Made by a program: the position numbers and the translations under genes. From contig NC_009664.2 in the NCBI RefSeq assembly GCF_000017305.1, positions 300,001 through 332,000 of the forward strand: a stretch of DNA of 32,000 nucleotides, written 5' to 3'. Shown piece by piece: positions 25,391 to 32,000 of this stretch; position 1 is the stretch's first letter; the number at the start of each line of letters is the position of its first letter. Origin of the DNA: Kineococcus radiotolerans SRS30216 = ATCC BAA-149. Its GTDB lineage: Bacteria > Actinomycetota > Actinomycetes > Actinomycetales > Kineococcaceae. The notes beneath the pieces were generated by a model. It worked only from the letters and a program-made list of their open reading frames with translations. It was not told the origin of the DNA and ran no database searches.

Positions 25391-26341
25391 TCAGAGCGTC
25401 GACAACCTGGCCAGCAGCTGCCCGGCGAAGTCGCCGGGGACCTCCAGCGCCACCCGGGTGCCGTTCTCGTAGGTGCGGGGGTAGCCCTGGTAGCGGTCGC
25501 GCAGGTCCACGACGGTCTGCCCGCGCCCGGGCCCGTCGGTGTGGTCCACGACCACCGGGACCGTCGGCGCGAGGGCGAGGTCCACGTCGCCGGTCGCGAC
25601 GGCCGCCGCCAGCGGGTCGTGCAGGACCGCGCACGGGCGGCCGTAGCGCTGGGCGTAGAACCCGAAGTAGTGGCCCAGCATCCGCGCGATCGCCACCGCG
25701 CCGGGCGTCCCCACCGCGAGCAGCGCCTGCCGGTGGGACTCCTCGAAGACGTGCTCCATCGTGACGTCCAGGCCGACCATGGTCAGGTCGAAACCCGCGG
25801 TGAACACGCGGTGCGCGGCCAGCGGGTCGTTGGCCACGTTCGCCTCGGCCACCGCCGACACGTTGCCCGGCGCCATCGCGGCCCCGCCCATGACGGTGAA
25901 CCGCCCGACCAGTTCCGGCAGCCGGGGCTCGAGGTCGAGGGCGAGGGCGACGTTGGTGAACGGCCCGATCGCCAGCAGGTGCAGCTCGCCCGGGTGGGCC
26001 CGGGCCGCGTCCACGATGGCCTGCGCCCCGCTCGTCCCGGTCGGGGCGGCGGGCGAGCGCGGGAGCTCGACCTCACCGATGCCGTTGACCCCGTGGACCT
26101 CCGGCGCCCCGCCGGAGTAGGGGTGGTCGAGGAAGTCGTGCGCGCCGACGCTGACCGGCACCTCGGGGCGCCCCAGCAGGGCCAGCAGGTCCAGGGTGTT
26201 GCGGGCCCCGCCGGCGGCGTCGAGGTTGCCGCTGACCGTGGACACCCCGACCAGGTCGACCCCGGGGGTGGCGACCAGCCAGCCGATGGCCATGGCGTCG
26301 TCGATGCCGGTGTCGCAGTCGAGGAAGAGGGGCACGCTCAC
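25391..26341 (-). CDS. nucleoside hydrolase (IUNH family)
   Basis: Track ORF of 316 aa. N-terminal DCDTGIDDAMAI signature, then VSGN, NVA and HDPLAA motifs. Confidence 0.85.
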   Translation of the reverse strand: MSVPLFLDCDTGIDDAMAIGWLVATPGVDLVGVSTVSGNLDAAGGARNTLDLLALLGRPEVPVSVGAHDFLDHPYSGGAPEVHGVNGIGEVELPRSPAAPTGTSGAQAIVDAARAHPGELHLLAIGPFTNVALALDLEPRLPELVGRFTVMGGAAMAPGNVSAVAEANVANDPLAAHRVFTAGFDLTMVGLDVTMEHVFEESHRQALLAVGTPGAVAIARMLGHYFGFYAQRYGRPCAVLHDPLAAAVATGDVDLALAPTVPVVVDHTDGPGRGQTVVDLRDRYQGYPRTYENGTRVALEVPGDFAGQLLARLSTL

Positions 26342-26350
26342 GGGCGCAGT

Positions 26351-27181
26351 CTAGGCGGGGGCCGGCCGGGGCCCGGGCGGGGTCCGGGCGGGGTCGTCCC
26401 AGCCGGTCTGCGGGGTGCGGCAGTCCTCGCGGAACACGAACTGCGACACCCGCCGGCGCTGCGAGCTCGACCAGTCGATGACCGGGCGACGGGCCTGCTC
26501 GGGCAGGTAGCCGATGCGGTAGACGGCCATCAGCTCCAGGTCGTCGGGCACCGCGAGCAGGTCGACGATCTCCTCCCAGGCCCCGGGCACCTCCATGGGG
26601 AAGCTCACGAACTGGATGCCCAGCCCCAGCTCGGTGGTCGTGAGCCAGAGGTTCTCCACCGCCGCGCCCATCGAGAACAGCGAGTAGAACCCCGACAGCT
26701 CACCGGGGCGGTACTCGGCCCGGTCGAGCATGACGCCCAGCAGCAGCGGCGAGCCCGCGACGAGCTTGCGGTTCTGCTCCCCCAGCGTCTGCGGCACCCG
26801 CAGCGCGTTGACGGCCAGCTGCCCCCGGCGGGTGAACACGCTGCGGGTGAAGGGCCGCAGCGGGGCGGGCAGCTTGTCGAAGAGCATCCCCGAGCGGGTC
26901 CGTTCCATCTCCTCGGCGCTGAAGCGGAAGTACCGCTTGTAGCGCTCGAAGAACGTCCCGTTGCCCATGGCCGTCGTCATCGACGCGCCGCTGATGCGGG
27001 CGACCCGTTCGATGGTGTCGCGGGACTCCACGAGCACGAAGCGCCACGGCTGGCTGTTCAGCTGCGAGGGCGCGCGGGCGGCGACCTCGACGAGGGTGCG
27101 CTGGTGCTCCGGGCTCACCGGGTCGGGCAGGAACGCCCCGTTGGTGGTGCGCCGGGCGGCGATGGCCTCACGCAGTTCCAC
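26351..27181 (-). CDS. nitroreductase family protein
   Basis: Track ORF 26351..27250 trimmed to the GTG at 27181, 5 nt after the upstream stop. [12 protein letters not shown] and [15 protein letters not shown] are nitroreductase-type motifs. Confidence 0.65.
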   Translation of the reverse strand: MELREAIAARRTTNGAFLPDPVSPEHQRTLVEVAARAPSQLNSQPWRFVLVESRDTIERVARISGASMTTAMGNGTFFERYKRYFRFSAEEMERTRSGMLFDKLPAPLRPFTRSVFTRRGQLAVNALRVPQTLGEQNRKLVAGSPLLLGVMLDRAEYRPGELSGFYSLFSMGAAVENLWLTTTELGLGIQFVSFPMEVPGAWEEIVDLLAVPDDLELMAVYRIGYLPEQARRPVIDWSSSQRRRVSQFVFREDCRTPQTGWDDPARTPPGPRPAPA

Positions 27182-27186
27182 GCCGC

Positions 27187-27501
27187 TCAGCTCGCCCGCA
27201 GCGCAGCGAGGTAGGCGGGGGCGGCCGTCCCCGCGATGACCGGGTGCCACCGCGAACGCGCCGACACGGCCGGGATGGCGCTCAGGGGCAGCGCGACGGG
27301 CAGCAGCCGCCAGAAGGCCGGGCGCCGGTGGCGGGCGAGCTCGGCCCCCGCGCCGGCGGTGAGGACGGCGGTCGCCATGTAGACGGCGTGGTGCACCCAG
27401 CGGGCGCCGGAGGTGTCCAGCACCCGCAGGGCGACGGAGGCCCCCAGGGCGCAGTTGAGCAGGTAGCCGGTGGCGGCGGCGGTCAGCAGCGGGGTGGGCA
27501 C
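27187..27501 (-). CDS. small hypothetical membrane protein (about 3 TM helices)
   Basis: Track ORF of 104 aa with a GTG start. Hydrophobic helices and G/C-rich third codon positions. Sits tightly within the operon. Confidence 0.5.
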   Translation of the reverse strand: MPTPLLTAAATGYLLNCALGASVALRVLDTSGARWVHHAVYMATAVLTAGAGAELARHRRPAFWRLLPVALPLSAIPAVSARSRWHPVIAGTAAPAYLAALRAS

Positions 27502-27535
27502 GGGCAGCAGTGGACCACGACGCTCCCGCGCCCGC

Positions 27536-27712
27536 TCAGGAGGCGTCGCGGATGGCGAGCAGCACGCGGCCCACGAGCTCGGCGGGCACCTCGCGCAGGC
27601 CGTGGTCGCGGCGGGCGTGACCGGCGACGTCGCGCAGGATGAGGTCGCTGTCGGGGCCGGTGAAGGTGCGGGCGCAGCCGGCGACGACGTCCCCGCAGGA
27701 GAAGTGCTTCAC
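27536..27712 (-). CDS. DUF1059-like small metal-binding protein
   Basis: Not in the supplied track (58 aa). My translation: VKHFSCGDVVAGCARTFTGPDSDLILRDVAGHARRDHGLREVPAELVGRVLLAIRDAS. GGAGG lies 6 nt upstream of the GTG. The F-C-D...C..F.G....H....HG pattern matches DUF1059. Confidence 0.6.
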   Translation of the reverse strand: MKHFSCGDVVAGCARTFTGPDSDLILRDVAGHARRDHGLREVPAELVGRVLLAIRDAS

Positions 27713-27816
27713 GGTGGTCCTCCGGGGGTGGCGTCGCGGGGCTGCGTCCCCGGTCGTCTCGACGCCCGGGGGCCGCGACCTGAGCCGGCGGGGCGGAGAC
27801 CGCCCGGACGGCCGAA

Positions 27817-27847
27817 CGCCCGCCCGCCCCGGAGGGGCGGACGGGCG
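27817..27847 (-). terminator. hairpin downstream of the TerC gene
   Basis: Minus-strand RNA CGCCCGUCCGCCCC-ucc-GGGGCGGGCGGGCG, a 14-bp stem with one G-U pair, 15 nt after the stop. Confidence 0.4.
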
Positions 27848-27862
27848 GCGGGGGGAGGGACC

Positions 27863-28882
27863 TCAGTGCTTCTCGACCGGCTTCTCGACCGGTTCCTCGG
27901 CCGGCTCGCCGGGACCGTCGACCGGGTCCCCGTGCTCGGCCGGGGCGGGCCGGCGCAGGCTGAGCACGATCGCCAGCGTCAGCGAGACGACGATGACGCT
28001 CAGGCTGATCCAGGTCGGGATGTGCGGGATCGAGGGGCTGATGACCTCGTGGCCGGCCTGGAAGAACAGCTTCACGCCGATGAAGGCGAGGATGAAGGCC
28101 AGCGCCTTGCTCAGCAGGTGGAAGCGCTCGAGCAGCCCGGAGAGCATGAAGTACAGCGCTCGCAGACCCAGGATGGCGAAGGCGTTGGAGGAGTACACGA
28201 TGAACATGTCGTCGGAGACGGCGAGCACGGCCGGGACGCTGTCGACGGCGAAGATCAGGTCGGCGGCCTCGATGGCCGCCACGACGGCGAGCAGCGGGGT
28301 GCCGTAGCGCTTGCCGGCTTCCTTGATGAAGAACTTGGTGCCGTGGTACTCGTCCTTGAGCGGGATGATCTTCTTGATCATGCGGACACCGATGTTCTTG
28401 CCCGGGTCCATGTCCTGGTCGTCGTCCTTGAGCATCTTCCACGCCGACCACAGCAGGATGGCGCCGAAGACGAAGAGGACGGCGGTGAAGCGCTCGACGA
28501 CGGCCACGCCGACGCCGAGGAAGATGCCGCGGAAGAGCAGGGCGCCCAGAACGCCGAGGAAGAGCACGCGGTGCTGGTACTCGCGGGGCACCTTGAAGTA
28601 GGCGAAGATCAGCGCGAAGACGAAGAGGTTGTCCACGGACAGGCTCTTCTCGAGCAACCAGGCCGTGGTGTAGGCGGTGCCCGCCTCGGCCCCGTAGGCC
28701 CAGAAGATGATGCCGCCGAAGATCAGGGCCATCGTGACCCAGACGCCGCTCCAGATCGCGGCTTCCTTGAACTGGATGACGTGGGCGCCGCGGTGGCCCA
28801 GCAGGTCGATCGCCAGCATGACGATGACGACCACGCCAAGAGCCACCCACGCCCACAGCGGGACGTCGAGGTTCAGGTCCAC
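27863..28882 (-). CDS. TerC family integral membrane protein
   Basis: Track ORF 27863..28930. I prefer the GTG at 28882 (GGAG 7 nt upstream, and G/C at third codon positions rises from here); 28930 is the alternative. LSVDNLFVFALIF and other TerC-type TM motifs. Confidence 0.8.
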   Translation of the reverse strand: MDLNLDVPLWAWVALGVVVIVMLAIDLLGHRGAHVIQFKEAAIWSGVWVTMALIFGGIIFWAYGAEAGTAYTTAWLLEKSLSVDNLFVFALIFAYFKVPREYQHRVLFLGVLGALLFRGIFLGVGVAVVERFTAVLFVFGAILLWSAWKMLKDDDQDMDPGKNIGVRMIKKIIPLKDEYHGTKFFIKEAGKRYGTPLLAVVAAIEAADLIFAVDSVPAVLAVSDDMFIVYSSNAFAILGLRALYFMLSGLLERFHLLSKALAFILAFIGVKLFFQAGHEVISPSIPHIPTWISLSVIVVSLTLAIVLSLRRPAPAEHGDPVDGPGEPAEEPVEKPVEKH

Positions 28883-28993
28883 TGCGTGCTCCAAGTGTGC
28901 GGAATTGGTGACGACGGGTGTCGTCTCCACCCATGGTGACTTCCGGGAGCTGGCAGTGCCCAGTCGACAGGAGGACGAGATGGGCGGCCGACC

Positions 28994-29010
28994 TTGCCGG
29001 GACCCGGCAA
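28994..29010 (-). terminator. short hairpin after the PucR-type regulator gene
   Basis: TTGCCGG-gtc-CCGGCAA on the minus strand, a 7-bp stem 10 nt after the stop. Weak. Confidence 0.3.
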
Positions 29011-29020
29011 CCTGGGCGGG

Positions 29021-30244
29021 TCAGCCCTCCCCGGGCCACCCCATGGCCCGTGCGGCCAGCACCGCCGCCTGCAGCCCGAACCGCTGCTCCGGGCGCGTCG
29101 CGTCGATGCCGGTGAGGTCGCGCACCCGGGCCAGGCGGTAGGTGACGGCCCGCACGGACAGGTGCAGCCGGCGCGCCGCCTCGGTGGCGTTGCCCCCGGA
29201 GTCCAGGTACGCCTCCAGGGTCACCAGGACCGGTTCGACCCCCCCGCGCACCTGCCGCAGCGGGGCCAGCGTCGACTCGACGAGGTCCCGGGCGACCGCG
29301 TGGTCGCGCAGCAGCACGTCGTGGACGAGCAGGTCCGCGGCGTCGGCCACCGGGTCGCGCCCGGGGTCGCCGGCTCCCAGCCGGGCCCCCAGGTCGAGGG
29401 CGCGGCGGGCCTGCTCGAAGGAGGCGACGACCCCGGAGCCCCCGGCCGCGGGTCGTCCGACCCCGGCGCGCCAGCCCGTGCGGTGCGGGGAGCCGAGCGC
29501 GTCGCGCAGCCGCAGGACGACCTCGTCGACGGCGGCCCGATCGGGGGCGGCGAAGACGACGACGAGGGCCCCGTCCTTGGTCGCCACCAGCGGGTCGGCG
29601 TCGGCGACGCCGCCGTGCAGGCGCCGCTCGACCGTGGCGACCTGGGCGCTGCCGTCGCGGAAGGGCGCACCGGCCCGCACGACGCAGACCGCGTGCGGGC
29701 CGGTGAGGTCGAGGCCGAACCGGGGGGCGCGCCGCAGCAGGCCGGTGACGTCGGCGGTGCCGGCGAGGAGGTCGTCGACGAACTCCCGGCGGTCGGACTC
29801 CTCCCGGCGCACGAGCTGGCGCCGGGCGAGCTGGTAGCCCTCGGTGAGGGCGGCCACGGCGTCGTCGCTGGCCCGCAGGACGACCTCGCCGGCGGTCACG
29901 ACGCCCTCGGGGTCCCCGGCGGCGCCGGCGATGGGGGGCAGGTGGCGCCACAGCCGCCAGGCGGCGGAGAGGTAGAGGTCGAGCAGGGCGCGCAGCGCCA
30001 CGCCCGAGGTCGCCGCCTTCCCCCCGACGTCCCGGTAGCGGGCGATGCGGGGCGCGGACAGCCGGCGGCCCTCGACGACGGCCCGCCAGACCGCGTCGAG
30101 GAAGTCGCCGAGCAGGGCGGGGTCGATGCCCCCCGCGTCCTGGGCCGCGGCCCGCGCCACGGCGTCGAGGCGGTCGGCGTCGGGCGCGTCGGGCGCGTCG
30201 GCGGGGCGGCCCGGGACGGGGAGGTCGGGCGGGGTCGCGGGCAC
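29021..30244 (-). CDS. PucR/CdaR family transcriptional regulator
   Basis: Track ORF 29021..30340 trimmed to the GTG at 30244, because codons upstream carry many A/T third positions. C-terminal PucR HTH LEAYLDSGGNATEAARRLHLSVRAVTYRLARVRDLTGID. Confidence 0.75.
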   Translation of the reverse strand: MPATPPDLPVPGRPADAPDAPDADRLDAVARAAAQDAGGIDPALLGDFLDAVWRAVVEGRRLSAPRIARYRDVGGKAATSGVALRALLDLYLSAAWRLWRHLPPIAGAAGDPEGVVTAGEVVLRASDDAVAALTEGYQLARRQLVRREESDRREFVDDLLAGTADVTGLLRRAPRFGLDLTGPHAVCVVRAGAPFRDGSAQVATVERRLHGGVADADPLVATKDGALVVVFAAPDRAAVDEVVLRLRDALGSPHRTGWRAGVGRPAAGGSGVVASFEQARRALDLGARLGAGDPGRDPVADAADLLVHDVLLRDHAVARDLVESTLAPLRQVRGGVEPVLVTLEAYLDSGGNATEAARRLHLSVRAVTYRLARVRDLTGIDATRPEQRFGLQAAVLAARAMGWPGEG

Positions 30245-30310
30245 CGCCGGATGATGGCACCGAGCGGCCCGGGAGGGTGCGGAACGTGGTGATCGACCAG
30301 CGCTGCGCGA

Positions 30311-30324
30311 TGTGACCCTGGTCA
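30311..30324. promoter_or_regulatory. 14-bp palindrome GTGACC-CT-GGTCAC in a divergent promoter region
   Basis: Perfect 6-2-6 inverted repeat between the PucR-type gene (start 30244) and the peptidase gene (start 30503). Confidence 0.35.
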
Positions 30325-30502
30325 CGTTGGTCGTCCACACCTACGCGTTGCTGCTCGTGGTGCCGAGGTTGCGGGAGGTAGTCTCCGGCGCGACGGACCC
30401 GCACGGGTCCTCCACACGACCCGCGCCACCACCGACCGACCCGAACGCACCGGAAGCGAACGACCCGGGCCAACGCCCCCGACCGCACTGGACGTAGACG
30501 AC

Positions 30503-31852
30503 GTGCCCCTCCCGCAGGCCAGCCCCGCCCGCCGCTCCCAGCGACTGCGCTCGACCCTGCTCCTGGCCGGAGCGGTGGTCGGCAGCGGCTGCCTGACGCT
30601 CGGGCTCGTCGCCCCGGCGTCCGCCGTCGTCGTGACCCCCGTCGCCGCCCCCGTCGCCGCGCCCGCCGCCCCCGCGGCCGTGGCCGCGGACACCCCCACC
30701 CCCGAGCAGCTCGCCGAGGCCCAGCGCCGGGCCGAGCGGTCCGCGGCGCAGGCCGCCCAGGCGCAGGTCGACCTGCAGGCCGCGCAGGCCCAGCTCGACG
30801 CGCTGGCGGCGCAGGCCAACGCCGCCCTGGAGACCTACCAGCAGGCGATGGAGGCCAAGGCGGCCGCCGAGCAGGAGGAGATCGCCCAGCACGCCCGCCT
30901 CGTCCAGGCCGAGGCGGTCCTGGCCGAGGGCAAGAAGGACCTCGGCCAGTGGGCCTCGGAGGCCTACCGCGGTGGCGGCACCCTGCAGGAGTACTCCGGC
31001 CTGGTGACCGTCCTGCAGGGCGGACCCACCGACGACACCGCCAGCACGCTGGCCTCGGTCAAGCGCATCGGCGACGGGCGCAGCAACGCCGTGGACGCCT
31101 ACGAGGAGGCCCAGCGCGTCCAGGCCGACGCGACCCAGCGGGCCGCCGCCGCCGCGGCGGAGGCCCGCACCCAGGCCGACATCGCCACCGCCGCGAAGCA
31201 GCAGTCCGACGCCCTCGTCGCCCAGCAGCGCACCCAGGTCGGCGCGCTCGCCGCCCTGCAGGCCGCGGCCGCGGGCACGGCGACCTCCGACGCCGAGCGC
31301 GCCGCGAACCTCGCCGCGGCCAAGGCCCAGGCCGACGCGGCGGCCGCGGCCGCCGCTGCGGCCGCCGCAGCCGCGGCCGCCGCCGGCACCTCCGGCGGAG
31401 CCCCCGGGTACCGGGACTACGGCGCCGCCGGCAGCTGCACCGGGGCCTCGCTCTCCGGCTACGCCAACGGCCTGCTGCCCAGGAGCGCGCTGTGCCCGCT
31501 GTGGGGGGCGCCGAACCACATCCTGCGCTCCGACGCCGCCAACGCCTTCCAGGCTCTCAGCCAGGCCTACGCCGCGGAGTTCGGGGCCCCGATCTCGATC
31601 ACCGACTCCTACCGGACCCTCGCCGAGCAGATCGACGTCAAGCAGCGCAAGCCCGGGCTCGCCGCGAAGCCGGGCACCAGCCGCCACGGGCTGGGCATCG
31701 CCGTCGACCTCGGCGGCGGCATCCAGAACGCCACCTCCGCCCAGCACCTGTGGATGGACCGCAACGCCGCCCTCTACGGCTGGATCAACCCCGCCTGGGC
31801 GCAGAACCGCGGCGGCCAGTTCGAGCCCTGGCACTGGGAGTTCACCGGCTGA
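30503..31852 (+). CDS. secreted coiled-coil protein with C-terminal M15B/VanY-type D-Ala-D-Ala carboxypeptidase domain
   Basis: Track ORF of 449 aa. Signal peptide ending APASA. About 280 aa of Ala/Gln/Glu-rich heptad-like sequence, including 16 consecutive Ala (31337..31384). M15 motifs ITDSYRTLAEQ, GTSRHGLGIAVDL and EPWHWEF. Confidence 0.8.
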   Translation: MPLPQASPARRSQRLRSTLLLAGAVVGSGCLTLGLVAPASAVVVTPVAAPVAAPAAPAAVAADTPTPEQLAEAQRRAERSAAQAAQAQVDLQAAQAQLDALAAQANAALETYQQAMEAKAAAEQEEIAQHARLVQAEAVLAEGKKDLGQWASEAYRGGGTLQEYSGLVTVLQGGPTDDTASTLASVKRIGDGRSNAVDAYEEAQRVQADATQRAAAAAAEARTQADIATAAKQQSDALVAQQRTQVGALAALQAAAAGTATSDAERAANLAAAKAQADAAAAAAAAAAAAAAAAGTSGGAPGYRDYGAAGSCTGASLSGYANGLLPRSALCPLWGAPNHILRSDAANAFQALSQAYAAEFGAPISITDSYRTLAEQIDVKQRKPGLAAKPGTSRHGLGIAVDLGGGIQNATSAQHLWMDRNAALYGWINPAWAQNRGGQFEPWHWEFTG

Positions 31853-31862
31853 TGGTGCGCTG

Positions 31863-32000
31863 ATGGTGCCCCGGCCGCCGGCCCGCACCGCGTTCTGCAC
31901 CTGGCGGGGGCCGATCGCGATGGCCCACCGGGGGTTCGCCGCGACCCCGGAGCTGGCCGGGCTGGAGAACTCCCTGCCGGCCTTCGCCGCCGCCGTGGAC
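31863..32000 (+). CDS. glycerophosphodiester phosphodiesterase family protein (5' fragment, continues beyond the window)
   Basis: Not in the track. My translation: MVPRPPARTAFCTWRGPIAMAHRGFAATPELAGLENSLPAFAAAVD. The AHRGF...ENS..AF..A motif is the GDPD N-terminal signature. Start is uncertain (ATG at 31863 or 31920). Confidence 0.5.
   Translation, partial: MVPRPPARTAFCTWRGPIAMAHRGFAATPELAGLENSLPAFAAAVD

Noticed and set aside
28883-29020. Possible yybP-ykoY (Mn2+) riboswitch in the 138-nt leader of the TerC gene, since TerC/Alx genes often carry one.
   Set aside because: The conserved GGGGAGUAG 5' element and the UUGACA...AGAGACC 3' elements are absent. Only loose resemblances are present (GGGUGGAGACG, CUUGGAGCAC). 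A covariance-model scan (Rfam RF00080) would be decisive, but I cannot support the call from the sequence.
30245-30502. Possible ydaO/c-di-AMP riboswitch upstream of the cell-wall peptidase gene.
   Set aside because: Fragments occur in the right order (GGUGAUC, CCGAGG..GGUAG, ACCCGAAC, AAGCG), but the highly conserved CAGCUAACCUCGU segment and the GGGGA..CCCA element are missing. A scan with Rfam RF00379 would settle it.
1-32000. CRISPR arrays, rRNA genes, IS elements with terminal inverted repeats.
   Set aside because: No regularly spaced direct repeats with unique spacers, no rRNA-like conserved stretches, and no transposase-like ORFs were seen on either strand.

Overview
Very GC-rich window (roughly 70-75% by eye), densely coding, and typical of an actinobacterial chromosome: many GTG starts, codon third positions almost always G/C, and long Arg/Pro/Gly-rich shadow ORFs on non-coding frames. 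I support about 36 CDS. From left to right they are: (1) a small region that looks like a mobile-element remnant, holding two hypothetical genes, an RHH antitoxin plus a Doc-like toxin pair, and a phage/ICE-type HTH gene; (2) a GNAT acetyltransferase and an M20 peptidase; (3) a GntR-linked sugar cluster (TIM-barrel isomerase/epimerase, DAK-type kinase, RpiB, TIM paralogue, NAD dehydrogenase) that resembles tetrose/erythrulose catabolism; (4) soxR with a sox-box palindrome; (5) two divergently transcribed methyl-accepting chemotaxis protein (MCP) paralogues; (6) a DUF4229 protein, an alpha/beta hydrolase and a Rieske lipoprotein; (7) ilvD; (8) a lone tyrosine-recombinase gene; (9) a deoxyribonucleotidase, a membrane GAF protein and moeZ in one operon; (10) a Bcr/CflA MFS transporter and an SRAP (YedK-like) protein; (11) a tightly spaced five-gene operon (DUF1059, membrane protein, nitroreductase, nucleoside hydrolase, nucleotidyltransferase); (12) a TerC protein, a PucR-type regulator, a coiled-coil M15 peptidase and the 5' end of a GDPD gene. 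I found no rRNA, tRNA, CRISPR array or intact IS. I cannot confidently name a new multi-gene system here. The most unusual observations are a 115-nt perfect inverted repeat inside the two MCP genes, an integrase whose catalytic Tyr reads Cys, a Doc-like toxin lacking its catalytic motif, AT-rich motif words shared between two distant promoter regions, and a sigma-28-like motif duplicated in front of both MCP genes. All homology calls come from reading the translations and remembering family motifs. No database search was run.
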